Shown here in pieces: positions 17,462-27,060 of a stretch of DNA of 30,018 bases (the stretch's first letter is position 1; every line of letters begins with the position of its first letter). The notes beneath the pieces were generated by a model, which worked only from the letters and a program-made list of their open reading frames with translations, did no database searches and was not told where the DNA came from. The stretch covers positions 1 to 30,018 of the IMG/VR virus record IMGVR_UViG_3300020173_000039; one strand, given 5' to 3'. The translations under genes were made by a program, and so were the position numbers. The stretch is from a virus (taxonomy: Duplodnaviria > Caudoviricetes).

Positions 17462-19014
17462 TAGGTGCTATTCACAAGATGAACAAATCTGAGGTTTGTA
17501 TCATTCACGCCAATGTGCTCCGCTATTCGTAAATGCGCTTCTCCACCGGAGCTATCTGCTTCACAGGTGATTACAATGAATTTATGAGTCTGGTGGCTTG
17601 CAGTATTCCCAGTGTAGTTAGGCCATGACCCAATATAGGGCCGCACAAAAAGTCGTTCGGGTAATGCCAAGTCAGAGTATTGTTGGCTTGGATTTACCCC
17701 ATTAATCATTGCGTAGAGTTTTAACCAAGTACTATCACTTGTACTGACGTAAGCACTGCCAGAAGAGGTATTGATAGCACTCACATCTTTGTAGCTGGTA
17801 GTTGATGCATCGTAGTAGATTCTGCTATCTGTGCCTCCCAAGTAGATGTTGGTAGGCAGTGTCCGATTGCTGTCCTGCACTCCCTCAAACAAGCCTCTAA
17901 CCTTTTTCCAATTGGCATCACTCGTAGACACATAGGTTGTGCCTGAGCCTATGTTTGCTATTGCGGTGTTGACATAGCTTTGCGTGGCGTAGTTGTAGCC
18001 TGCCAGATTGGAGCTCGTCAGATAGCCTCTTGAAGTCACATAGCTCTGAGTGGCATAGCTCGTCAGCACTGTGCTGACATAGCTAGGGGTTGCGTAGGTG
18101 TTATTTGCTGTCTGAGTAGTGATGTAGGGGGAAAGAGCTGAGCTCGTGATGTAGCCAGCATTCTCCAGGGCAGTCACTCTCCCAGAAACGCCATTGACGC
18201 TCGTGGTAAGAGTGCTGACATTATTGGTAGCCGTATCTGCTGCGTTCTTCGCCTGGGTTGCTGTGGAGCTCACATTCGCTACCGTGGTCACGAGTCCGGT
18301 AGTATTGGCATTGCCATTGACGGTGTTCTCCAGAGCTGTCAGCGAGGAAGCGGAGGCCTTGCCTGTCTGCAGTGCAGTCACATCCTGCTGCAGTGTTGCC
18401 ACTTGACTTTGCAGGGTTGTAATGAGTGCTAGTAAGTCTGCAATGGTTTGTGTGGTGTTGCCTTGCACAGCTGCGATGCTGGTGTCAATCAGCGTTTGTG
18501 CAGCTGTGGAAGTAATACCAGTGTTGCTGGTTCCGATTACTTCGGTTGCAATGGTTCTGACAGATTTTTGGTCATCTCCAGTTGTGCCTCCAACCAGAGT
18601 TGATATGCTTGATTCCAGGCTTTGAACACGGGGGTAAACAGCTGTAGTGAGGTTGGCATTGGTAGGTGCTCCTAAGTTGGTTTGTAGGTTCGTTATGGAT
18701 GAATTGATGCTGCTCAAGTCAATGTTGCCTGCAGCACCTATGAGATTCTCCAGGTCTGCCAGCGTATTGGTGCTGCCATCCTTGAGAGTATTGATAGCTG
18801 TGGCTATCTTGGCATCTACAGAGCCACTGGTCTGGTCATTGGCATTCAGCGTTGCAATTGCTGCTGTATTGGTGGCTGTACCCTGCTCGTTGGCATAGAT
18901 GAGCTCATCGATGCTGTCCAGAGCTTGGTTGAGTACGCTCCCCCATACTCCACTATCCCCTCCAATAGTAGGGAGCTCAATATTGTTGTATTTGCTTAGT
19001 ACGGGTCTGGTCAT
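17461..19014 (-). CDS. Tail fibre protein 1
   Basis: 517 aa; anchor YNNIELPTIGGDSGVWGSVLN, Thr/Ser-rich heptads, YATQSYV repeats. Confidence 0.7.
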   Translation of the reverse strand: MTRPVLSKYNNIELPTIGGDSGVWGSVLNQALDSIDELIYANEQGTATNTAAIATLNANDQTSGSVDAKIATAINTLKDGSTNTLADLENLIGAAGNIDLSSINSSITNLQTNLGAPTNANLTTAVYPRVQSLESSISTLVGGTTGDDQKSVRTIATEVIGTSNTGITSTAAQTLIDTSIAAVQGNTTQTIADLLALITTLQSQVATLQQDVTALQTGKASASSLTALENTVNGNANTTGLVTTVANVSSTATQAKNAADTATNNVSTLTTSVNGVSGRVTALENAGYITSSALSPYITTQTANNTYATPSYVSTVLTSYATQSYVTSRGYLTSSNLAGYNYATQSYVNTAIANIGSGTTYVSTSDANWKKVRGLFEGVQDSNRTLPTNIYLGGTDSRIYYDASTTSYKDVSAINTSSGSAYVSTSDSTWLKLYAMINGVNPSQQYSDLALPERLFVRPYIGSWPNYTGNTASHQTHKFIVITCEADSSGGEAHLRIAEHIGVNDTNLRFVHLVNST

Positions 19015-19160
19015 ACTACATCAAGCCAAGTGTTAGATGGTTCACTAGTGCCCTCTGTAAAGGAGTCCGCATTGTCTTCTACGGTCACCCAATCACTGGT
19101 GGACACTGTGGGCTCAGGCTGGAATTTCCCCTGCCCGTAAAACCCTTCCCCAAATTTCAT
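19011..19160 (-). CDS. Small acidic protein (49 aa, not in ORF track)
   Basis: Hand translation MKFGEGFYGQGKFQPEPTVSTSDWVTVEDNADSFTEGTSEPSNTWLDVV; starts 3 nt after the adaptor stop and overlaps the fibre start (ATGA). Confidence 0.7.
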   Translation of the reverse strand: MKFGEGFYGQGKFQPEPTVSTSDWVTVEDNADSFTEGTSEPSNTWLDVV

Positions 19161-19163
19161 TTT

Positions 19164-19769
19164 TTATAAGTATTTGTAGGCTAGCGACTTGCGTGCGCCA
19201 CGCAGCTCTGTGCGCTCAGAAATGATATTGAGCTGGTTTACTGCATTGGTGTACTCTTGTCGCCAGACGTTTGTTCGTTCGTCTTCCCCAATAAATGGAG
19301 CTGCCTTCGTTAAGCAGCCGTACAAGTATACGTCAGGATATGCAGCAATCAGCCAATTAGTGGAGGTGTTGCTTGAGAGCTCTGGGATCTTTTGGTAGTA
19401 GACAATCTCCAGAGTGTATTGCTTGTCTGGCACTGGGGCCAGCTCTAGCTTGGTGTTGTATACAGCCACATGAGTGGGCTGTGCAGCTACCTGCACATTG
19501 CGCCTAATGTCATCCAGCTCTGCCAGGGTTGCGTAGTACAAAGGCTGGTTTTCACTAGTCAGCGTGATGTGCCGTAGCTCTAGAAAATCATTAGGGAGCT
19601 GCACGCTGACCACACTGGTTGTGGTGTCAGCGTTGCGCAGCATTTCCCTGGCTCGTATCGTGCGCTGGAACTCTGCTTCTGCCAAAGTAATGAACTCTGG
19701 AATATAAGAGCTCAGGTCATCACGGTTGAGCCATGCCGCAATGCTTGTCTGGAGGCTAGCGTAGTCCAT
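19164..19769 (-). CDS. Head-tail adaptor protein
   Basis: 201 aa; YASLQTSIAAWLNRDDL..IPEFITLAE, LPNDFLE, PVPD, TNWL..YPDVYLYG are typical adaptor motifs; lies after the capsid. Confidence 0.75.
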   Translation of the reverse strand: MDYASLQTSIAAWLNRDDLSSYIPEFITLAEAEFQRTIRAREMLRNADTTTSVVSVQLPNDFLELRHITLTSENQPLYYATLAELDDIRRNVQVAAQPTHVAVYNTKLELAPVPDKQYTLEIVYYQKIPELSSNTSTNWLIAAYPDVYLYGCLTKAAPFIGEDERTNVWRQEYTNAVNQLNIISERTELRGARKSLAYKYL

Positions 19770-20071
19770 CAGACTCTACCCTGCCAGATACGGAAGCATT
19801 GGTTGTCATGGTCATTGAGCCATCGCTTGAGGTGCGTAGTGTCCTCCCAGCTACCATCTACCATCATCTGCTGCACAACGGCAGCAGGGATGTGGGCTAC
19901 TGGTTTCCAATGACTGTTGGGGTCAAGGTGCTCTTGGAGCATTCTTGCTTCCTTAATCATTGGGTCTAGGTCTTCCCTCAAGATGTGGTGGAAGACAGTA
20001 GGGTCATTAGTGTTGCTCTGAATCAACGAGGCCACATGTCCTCGATGATCCAGAATTTCCTTAACAATCAT
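19769..20071 (-). CDS. Conserved hypothetical protein after capsid
   Basis: 100 aa; VAHIP..LKRWLNDHDN..FRIWQGRV; coupled to neighbouring genes. Confidence 0.65.
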   Translation of the reverse strand: MIVKEILDHRGHVASLIQSNTNDPTVFHHILREDLDPMIKEARMLQEHLDPNSHWKPVAHIPAAVVQQMMVDGSWEDTTHLKRWLNDHDNQCFRIWQGRV

Positions 20072-20072
20072 G

Positions 20073-21041
20073 TTAGCTGGTTGTTAAGTCTGCAACTAAG
20101 CCATGAGCTTTTTCGTTGTCTACCTGCAAGCCATACTCAACGAGAATTTGTCTCGTTTGAGCGTCTCCAATACGTGAAAGTTCCTGTGTTTGGAAGCTTC
20201 TAAGGTAGGCAATACGTACATGCTTGGGGTCAATAAGCCAAGCGTCACGCTCACGCTGCCAGCGATGAGGAACCACTTTTAAGACTCCAAAATCTGACTG
20301 GTAAACGGTAACGTTACTTCCTGCCTGCTGTTCGTCAATCATGCTTCTAGAGATACCTCTAGCACCAAAGCCACTGATGACTGTTTTGTTGAATGGGCCT
20401 ACCATTAGTGTCGTTGGTTCGGCACCATTGGTATAACATAGCTGCATTGTTTCGTTTACCATTGCTTGGGTAAACGCACGTTGGGTTCCATCTGTCCGGT
20501 TATTTGTCCCGTCTCCTGTTGGGTTGGCCCCTGCAACTGTGTCATAGTCTACGTTCGTTTTCACCCAAGAATTTAGCATAGCGCTCTGTCTTGGTGTCCC
20601 TGGGTTGGCTGCATCAGAGCCTGCATTCTTAATTTGCGGATGCATAATTGAGTAATTAACATCCCTTTTAAGCTCCTTGCTTTTGCGTGCCATCTGGTGA
20701 GCCATCTGGCTGCTCTTGCCAAACAGTTTAAGAGCTGTTTGGGTTCCAGTAACAGTAGCGTTTCTGGTAAGGATTTGTACGTAGTTATTCTGTCTAGCTG
20801 TCATGCTAGAAGCATCTCTACTTGTCTCAAAACCTTCTTCTACTGGTGTGCCACTAGAAGCGGCTGTAAGGGTTTCTGTAAGCCACTCAAAAATAGTGTT
20901 AGTGACTTTTCTAGTACCAGCAAGTGACACCATTGGTGTATCTGCTGGGTCAATATTGTAAATGATATCAGAGACATCCTCTGGAGTCTCGCTAACAGTC
21001 TTACTCTGGTAAGAAGTAACAGAGTTGCTAACTCGTGCCAT
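20073..21041 (-). CDS. Major capsid protein (SU10/DUF5309-like)
   Basis: 322 aa; EDVSDIIYNIDPADTP, ELKRD, YQSDFG, LAYLR-like IAYLRSF, EYGLQVDNEKAHG; follows the scaffold. Confidence 0.85.
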   Translation of the reverse strand: MARVSNSVTSYQSKTVSETPEDVSDIIYNIDPADTPMVSLAGTRKVTNTIFEWLTETLTAASSGTPVEEGFETSRDASSMTARQNNYVQILTRNATVTGTQTALKLFGKSSQMAHQMARKSKELKRDVNYSIMHPQIKNAGSDAANPGTPRQSAMLNSWVKTNVDYDTVAGANPTGDGTNNRTDGTQRAFTQAMVNETMQLCYTNGAEPTTLMVGPFNKTVISGFGARGISRSMIDEQQAGSNVTVYQSDFGVLKVVPHRWQRERDAWLIDPKHVRIAYLRSFQTQELSRIGDAQTRQILVEYGLQVDNEKAHGLVADLTTS

Positions 21042-21056
21042 AATTGCCTTTAGTGC

Positions 21057-21998
21057 TTAGCCGAACATTTGTTCAAATACAGCCTCTGCATCTTCAACGG
21101 AGCCAGTTTTGCGCAATTGCGTATTTGCTTTGCGCAAACGAGTATTCTCATTTTCTGGCTTGAAGGAGCGGCCTTGGGTTCTTGTGGCTTTCTCTGCTTT
21201 GGGCCTTACTGCTTCCTGGGCTTTTGCTTGTCCTGTGCGGAACAAGTAAGCATCTCTGAGCATACTGACCAACCGTGCATCAAAAGCTTGATTCACATCA
21301 TTTTCTGTCATGCCGTATTGCTGTTTAGCGAATTCCCTAATTGCGGATTTTTCGCTTTTAGCTACTTCGGCATCTTGCCACTCTGGTACTAGCTGAAGGA
21401 GTCGTTGCCGTTGCTCCTCTAGGTGGCTTGCAAACTGTTGTTGCTGGAGTTTCTGTTGCTCCTGCTTTACTACTTCCAGCTGCTGATGCCGTTGGGCACG
21501 CAGCTGCTGTCTATCGTTATAGAGCTGCCGCTGGACAGTCCACTCTACTGGGTCTTCATGGTAGAGCTTGTCCCAGTTGATATTGGGCTCTGGTATTTCT
21601 GGATTGGCTTGGAGCTGCTCTGCTAGCTGCGATACCTGAGCTAGGCGCTGGCTGTATTCGTTTACGAGCTGCTGGTTTTGCTTGCGCTCTTCAGCCAGGG
21701 CTTGCGTCTTTCTGGTGTAGTCACTTTGGCGCTGGTAGCCTTTCAGCATTTCATCCAGGCTTACCTCTTCCTCCTGCCCGTTGACTAGTATCTTGTATCT
21801 AGCTTCCTGCTGCTCTTCTTCTTCTAGCTCATCTTCTTCATCAGCTTCATAGGCTTCTTCTTCTTCTTCCTCAGCTGGTTCATTAGCTTCCGCCTGGGCA
21901 ACTGGCTCCTCCTCAGCTCCTTCTGGCTGTGTGCCTTCCAAGATCCCCTCAAACGCTTCTGCTGCAGCATCTGGTGTCATCAGTAATTCTTCACTCAT
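21057..21998 (-). CDS. Capsid scaffolding protein
   Basis: Acidic N-terminus, VNGQEEEVSLDEMLKGYQRQSDYTRKTQ motif, coiled coil; directly upstream of the capsid. Confidence 0.8.
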   Translation of the reverse strand: MSEELLMTPDAAAEAFEGILEGTQPEGAEEEPVAQAEANEPAEEEEEEAYEADEEDELEEEEQQEARYKILVNGQEEEVSLDEMLKGYQRQSDYTRKTQALAEERKQNQQLVNEYSQRLAQVSQLAEQLQANPEIPEPNINWDKLYHEDPVEWTVQRQLYNDRQQLRAQRHQQLEVVKQEQQKLQQQQFASHLEEQRQRLLQLVPEWQDAEVAKSEKSAIREFAKQQYGMTENDVNQAFDARLVSMLRDAYLFRTGQAKAQEAVRPKAEKATRTQGRSFKPENENTRLRKANTQLRKTGSVEDAEAVFEQMFG

Positions 21999-22243
21999 GA
22001 TGACCTCTTTCTAGTCTTGGCACGCTCTGCACGGTTGAGGACTACACTTACCTGCGTCTTGATGGCTCGTATGGCTCGTATCATATGGTATGCAGCTTGC
22101 CTTGTTTCAATTGCCTCTACTTCAGAATTTTCTATGATTTCGTGCTGAGTTTTGCTAATCTGGTCTAGTAACTCATTGAAAGCCGTGGAAGCTCCTAGCT
22201 TCCTGACTTCCTCACCTAACTTAATCAGTTGGTCATCTTGCAT
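21995..22243 (-). CDS. Small helical protein upstream of scaffold
   Basis: Start set at ATG 22243 (GGAAGG upstream); 82 aa; ETRQAAYHMIRAI motif typical of the portal-scaffold intervening gene. Confidence 0.65.
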   Translation of the reverse strand: MQDDQLIKLGEEVRKLGASTAFNELLDQISKTQHEIIENSEVEAIETRQAAYHMIRAIRAIKTQVSVVLNRAERAKTRKRSS

Positions 22244-22264
22244 AAAACTACCTTCCATTCATCC

Positions 22265-22444
22265 ATGAGTGATGTAGTTACTTCCTTAGAGAACGTAGTC
22301 AATACACGTTCTCATGTTTCGCTACGGATGCTCCCTGGGCCACACAAAGTGAAGAAGCTGGCGCAGCTGGATTCTCAAATTGAGCAGCTGGAGCACCTAA
22401 AGGCTCAGCTAGCTGGCAGCTCTGAAGCGCTCCAGTGCGCTTAG
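22265..22444 (+). CDS. Possible antisense-strand small coiled-coil protein
   Basis: 59-aa ORF filling the largest internal gap of the operon; heptad KLAQLDSQIEQLEHLKAQL; no clear RBS. Confidence 0.3.
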   Translation: MSDVVTSLENVVNTRSHVSLRMLPGPHKVKKLAQLDSQIEQLEHLKAQLAGSSEALQCA

Positions 22445-24847
22445 GTTTGCTAAGGGCTCCCCACGGTCTAGAGCTCGTTGGAGCTCGTCAAAGCCTCCCT
22501 CCGTAAAGCGCTGACGCATCAGTTGAATATCTGGCCTGACCTTCAACCCTCGTGCTTCCATTTCCTTGTCCAGCTCGTAGATATCCTTAATGGCTCTACG
22601 TACCTTGGGCCCTTGTAGGTTCTTCCTAAATTCTGGCGTTGCTGTGCCTACACTCTCCAAAAGCTTTCTGGTAACCAGCCCCTGCCCTGGAGTTTTGAAT
22701 TCCTGCTCAAAGCTCATGAAGCCAGCCTGCTTGGGCTGGATTTTTTTGTTGAAGGTATCGTCCTGCTTGCGCTTATTGGGGTAGGTTGCTTTCTTGCCTG
22801 TCCCTACTTTCTTCTCTTTCCATTGCTTGAAGGCATCATCTTGGTTGACAATCATTGGCCTGACTCGTGTCCCTGTGCCTAGCTGGGATTGCAGGAAGGC
22901 CTCGTCTGCCATCAGCTTCTCTACATCTGCCAGCCCGTCCTTGTCTCCTCTAAAATAAGGGTAGGCTGTGATGGAGCTGCCTGTGTCACTCAAAACAATG
23001 TTCGGGTAGCGCTTTGCCAGCATCTCCATCTGCTGAGGCATCAGTGCTGTTGGATAGAAGATAGAGGCTGCATCGGTTTCAAACTCTGCAGCTCTTTGAG
23101 GCGTTGGGTAGTTCCAGCTGACTCCACCCTGCGCTCCCATTGCAGCTCTGGTTGCGCTCAGTACGTCATAGTCCTGACGCTTTGCTAGCTTTGATGGTAG
23201 CTTTTCGTTCTTGTCATCTGGGCCAACAAGGCTAGGGTTCATCAGTTGGTTAAACTCTACCTCTCCCCCTTCGGGAGCCCATACCCCTATACCGTCTCGT
23301 GTAGGTCTGACCCTATCCTTATTGAGTGCCTGCACTAGTGCGTCTCGTGTTTCCCCTGGAGCCATGAAGTCTGCTCTGGGGTCATCAAGATATTCTTGCG
23401 CTAGGGCTTCATCTTCAAAGAGCTCAGGGAGATGCCCAGCGTTTGCGTAGGGCATCATCTCGTACTGGAAATTGACTGCATTGGTGTCCAGCTTTGCACG
23501 GTCAACGTCATCAATCATGATGGCGTATTGCTCTAGCATCTGTTGGTCTGGAGCTATGGGCATCTGCTGTCCAAAGCTACGTACTGTCAGAGGAGTCGCT
23601 CCTCCAGCTGCAGGGAGGCCTGCACCTCCGTCAGGGGTAGGAGCCAGTATTCCTGCATCTATTAGGGGTTGGGCAAATTTACGTTGCTGAAACAAGCTGG
23701 CAAAATCCGGTGTGTTGGCAATGAGCTCTCCGGTGATGGCTTGCTCATCTACCAGCTGTGCCGCATTCATGGCATCTGGGTTCTGTTGCCTGCTGTTCTT
23801 GTAGTCGAGTAAGGTCTTGGTGTAGCTCCAGATAGCCTCTTGGACATTGGCTACTGTCCAATCATAGCCTGTGCGCTCACGCAAAAGCTCTGTGGCTCTA
23901 CGCATAGCAGCATTGGTTGCCAAGTACCCTTGGCCTGGAAGCCCAGCCCCAGCCTTGCGGTCTACGCCACTGAATACATCCTGCAGCACATTGAATGCTC
24001 TACCCTGCCAAGTGTCATTGGTGCTATAGTCGTAAAAGCCCTGCAGGTTCTTCATGAAGGACTGCACCTTCGGCCCACTCAGCTGGATGTCAAACGGGTC
24101 TTTCTCTTGTAGTGCGGTGACACTGTTATTCTTCCAACCAGGTAAAACACTTTTTTCTCCCCTGCCCCCTTGGACACTCTGGCCCATAATCTTGAGGATC
24201 TCGTCTCTATCAGTAGGCCTGCCTGCAGCTTTCCAGTTCTTCCAAATGTTTAACGTGTTTAAGAAGTTGGCTTCCACGCTCGTTTGTGGCGAGGTAGCTG
24301 CCAATAATCCAGCAAATCTGGCAGCATCGTCCTTCCCAAATACTTCCACCAGGGCAGCATGGCTTGCCTCGTACCAACCCACTTTACTTGCGCCAGCTAG
24401 CGCTAGGGTTGCCATGTGCTCAGGGTCAAGGTTCACATCATGCCGTGGGCTCACATACTGCCGCTGACCAGCTCCAGTGGCATAGTCTGCAATCTCCTCC
24501 AGGTTGGGAACCTTGCGCCTTCCCTCTGGGAGCTGCTGTATTTCTTCAGCCATCAAGTAAGGAGTCAGGGCCCTGAGCCTGGGGTCTGCTGCTACTGCCT
24601 CAGCGTAGGGAGATGCATAGATAGCATCTCCAGCTGGGCGGCCCCTATACGTAGGGATCGCATTGCCAAATTGCTTGCGGAAGTCTGCTTCGCTATTGAG
24701 AGCTCTAGGGCTCAGGGGATTCATCCCTGTTACGTCCAGTGCTGTCTTTACGGGGCTAAATGCTCCAACAGCACTGAGGAGCTCCTCAGCTCCTGCAGTC
24801 TGCAGCTCTTGTAAGTTTTGTTGGGTGTCTAGTTTTCTTCGTGCCAT
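22409..24847 (-). CDS. Large protein with putative HhH-type DNA-glycosylase-like domain
   Basis: 812 aa; motif series GWYE..LLAATSPQTSVEAN..LSGPKVQSFMKNL..TNDTW..Y..VQEAIW; C-terminal ~400 aa unrecognised. Confidence 0.55.
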   Translation of the reverse strand: MARRKLDTQQNLQELQTAGAEELLSAVGAFSPVKTALDVTGMNPLSPRALNSEADFRKQFGNAIPTYRGRPAGDAIYASPYAEAVAADPRLRALTPYLMAEEIQQLPEGRRKVPNLEEIADYATGAGQRQYVSPRHDVNLDPEHMATLALAGASKVGWYEASHAALVEVFGKDDAARFAGLLAATSPQTSVEANFLNTLNIWKNWKAAGRPTDRDEILKIMGQSVQGGRGEKSVLPGWKNNSVTALQEKDPFDIQLSGPKVQSFMKNLQGFYDYSTNDTWQGRAFNVLQDVFSGVDRKAGAGLPGQGYLATNAAMRRATELLRERTGYDWTVANVQEAIWSYTKTLLDYKNSRQQNPDAMNAAQLVDEQAITGELIANTPDFASLFQQRKFAQPLIDAGILAPTPDGGAGLPAAGGATPLTVRSFGQQMPIAPDQQMLEQYAIMIDDVDRAKLDTNAVNFQYEMMPYANAGHLPELFEDEALAQEYLDDPRADFMAPGETRDALVQALNKDRVRPTRDGIGVWAPEGGEVEFNQLMNPSLVGPDDKNEKLPSKLAKRQDYDVLSATRAAMGAQGGVSWNYPTPQRAAEFETDAASIFYPTALMPQQMEMLAKRYPNIVLSDTGSSITAYPYFRGDKDGLADVEKLMADEAFLQSQLGTGTRVRPMIVNQDDAFKQWKEKKVGTGKKATYPNKRKQDDTFNKKIQPKQAGFMSFEQEFKTPGQGLVTRKLLESVGTATPEFRKNLQGPKVRRAIKDIYELDKEMEARGLKVRPDIQLMRQRFTEGGFDELQRALDRGEPLANLSALERFRAAS

Positions 24848-24903
24848 AAGTTTGTCTTAGCTCATGAAGTCAAGAGGGTCTACTGTCGAGTAATTGCTAG
24901 GAG

Positions 24904-27060
24904 TTAATTGACGGGAGCTTGCGGTGGCATCGGCTGCTGAGGCTGCATAGCCTGCTCTGCCTGCATGGCCTGCTGAGCTTGCTGGGCTTGCATCCCCACC
25001 GCATTCAATGCCTGCTGGTAGCGCTCTACTTGTGTACGCTGCTCTATCACATCCAGCTCCCGATTCCGTTGGAGCTCCTGCACCAGAGCTGTAGCATCCA
25101 GCTGGATTCCAGGGTACTTGGCCTTGAGCTCACTTGCCTTAAGCCAAAGGTCTATGCTCATCTGGTCACGTTTTCTGTCATCCTCTCTAGCATCAGATGC
25201 AGCTTTGCCCAACATGTCCATCTGCTTTACTTGGACTTCTGCTTCAGCAATCACTTGCTCAGGAGATTTTGGAGGCTCCTGCTGAGCCTGAGCTTGCTGT
25301 TGTTGCAACTGTTGCAACACGGCTTGGGGGTCACCAAAGAAGGTTTGGGCATCAGTAATTCCGTTGAGCTCCAGCAGGCGTTGCAGAGTAGCCCCATACT
25401 GGACTAGTCCTGCAAACTGGTTATCTGGGCCCATCAGCTGCAGCAGGCTTTCCTGCTTCTGGAGGATGGTCATGAAGAGCTGGGATTTTTGCGCAACATC
25501 TGCTCCCCCAATGGGCAGGCTGACTCTGACATTCATCAGAGGCCAGCCACTAGGGTCTATCGGGATGTACTGCCCTCGCAGCATCATCATGTCCTGCTGG
25601 TCTTGATGGTAGGTTATCAAGAGCAACATCTTCTCAAACAATGGCTTGATGCCTGTTTCGATAAGGGTACGGGTGATGAGCTCCAGGCGTGCCTGAGCTG
25701 CCTTGACTTGGCTATCTATTGCTATGGCAGTAGTGCTCTGGAGGCTGGAAGCATCCAGGCCCTGAGACGCATCAGTAAGCCCTGTGCGCTTCTGGGAGAC
25801 TCTGTCGAGGTATTCCAACATGGGTTGGGCCTGCTGGCCTACGTAGTCAATGGTGAGCTGCTGGATGGCTCCAGGTTGACGCATAGCTATCAAAGCTCCA
25901 ACCTCATCATTGCTCAGCTCAGCATAGTCCACTTGTCCCTCAACATACGCCACACGGGGGGTCGTTGCTAATGCCAGCGAGTCCAGCATGTTGCGCATGG
26001 TTGCACTCTTGGTGCGTTGAATGTCTGCCAGCTCATCAAATAGGCTTTCGCCACTCCAATGATGTGGCAGGCAGCTCATGCGGAATACTACAAAAGGATG
26101 GTCATCTACCACTACATTGCGCACGATGTTGTAGGCGCTACCCATGCAGCAGATTTTGCGTCTCTCTGCTCTGCCATCTCCATCCAAGTCCACATTCACA
26201 TAGGCCTCAATGTAGAGCACTTCTCTATTTGCTGGGTCTGATTCTGTCTGCTCTTCTTCCCTCCAGGTTGGATTTCGTAGGAGCCACTCCTCATTGCTTT
26301 TGTAGGTGTCATCCACATCAGCGTATTGCATCACGAGCTCAGGGTCATAGCCCATGTCCACAAGGTCACTGACGGTGAGCCTTTGTCTACGTGCCAGGAT
26401 TTTTGCATCCTTGAGGCTGACTGCATTTCTGTTGATGAGGAACTCCTCTGGTGGTACGGCATCTACGCATACCTTCCCCTTGGAGCTGGTCTTGCTCAGG
26501 GTCAGGTTGAATAGCCCATCCTCACTCTGGCTGGAGCTCGTAATCTCCCACTGGCCCTGTTGCATTACTGCAGCTGCTACTTCCTGGCTGATGCCACTTA
26601 GCTCCCGTACTATGGTCTCTACCTGTTCCTCGTACCAAATTTGCGCAATTCCTACTCCCTTGATGAGGGCATCCTTGATGACAGTGTCCAGCAATGTATA
26701 TCCATCAAGTCTATCCTTGAGAAGATAGTTGCAGTACTCCGTTGCCTGTTGTGCCAATGGAACATCATCAGCCTGTCTGGGCTCAAACTCGACTACATGC
26801 TCAGCTGAGAAGAGGGTACGCATGATGCTGGGCAGACACTGCTGCACCGCATCATGTATCTCCTTTGCTTGGTACTGACTTCTGCCTTCCTGCTCTACCG
26901 GATTGTCTCCACTGTCTGCAAAGGGCTCTGCCAGGTAGTAACGCATGGCACGAGCTCTGTCTGGAGAGAGCTCCGTGTCAATGTAGTCAATACTTTCTGT
27001 AATCGTGTTACTGACCCAAGCCTGGAAGCTTATTTCGTCTAGTGGGATGTACTCAGCCAT
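24904..27060 (-). CDS. Portal protein
   Basis: Start at ATG 27060 (GAAGGA upstream); VEFEPR..AQQATEYCNY, DALIKGVG, VPPEEFLI, DIQRTKS..RNMLD, RTG motifs; Gln-rich C-terminal barrel; follows TerL. Confidence 0.9.
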   Translation of the reverse strand: MAEYIPLDEISFQAWVSNTITESIDYIDTELSPDRARAMRYYLAEPFADSGDNPVEQEGRSQYQAKEIHDAVQQCLPSIMRTLFSAEHVVEFEPRQADDVPLAQQATEYCNYLLKDRLDGYTLLDTVIKDALIKGVGIAQIWYEEQVETIVRELSGISQEVAAAVMQQGQWEITSSSQSEDGLFNLTLSKTSSKGKVCVDAVPPEEFLINRNAVSLKDAKILARRQRLTVSDLVDMGYDPELVMQYADVDDTYKSNEEWLLRNPTWREEEQTESDPANREVLYIEAYVNVDLDGDGRAERRKICCMGSAYNIVRNVVVDDHPFVVFRMSCLPHHWSGESLFDELADIQRTKSATMRNMLDSLALATTPRVAYVEGQVDYAELSNDEVGALIAMRQPGAIQQLTIDYVGQQAQPMLEYLDRVSQKRTGLTDASQGLDASSLQSTTAIAIDSQVKAAQARLELITRTLIETGIKPLFEKMLLLITYHQDQQDMMMLRGQYIPIDPSGWPLMNVRVSLPIGGADVAQKSQLFMTILQKQESLLQLMGPDNQFAGLVQYGATLQRLLELNGITDAQTFFGDPQAVLQQLQQQQAQAQQEPPKSPEQVIAEAEVQVKQMDMLGKAASDAREDDRKRDQMSIDLWLKASELKAKYPGIQLDATALVQELQRNRELDVIEQRTQVERYQQALNAVGMQAQQAQQAMQAEQAMQPQQPMPPQAPVN

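Noticed and set aside
21810-21872. TTC microsatellite-like runs
   Set aside because: They encode the poly-Glu tract of the scaffolding protein.
24848-24903. Sigma70 promoter upstream of the 812-aa gene (TTGACT on the minus strand)
   Set aside because: No acceptable -10 element at 16-18 bp spacing.
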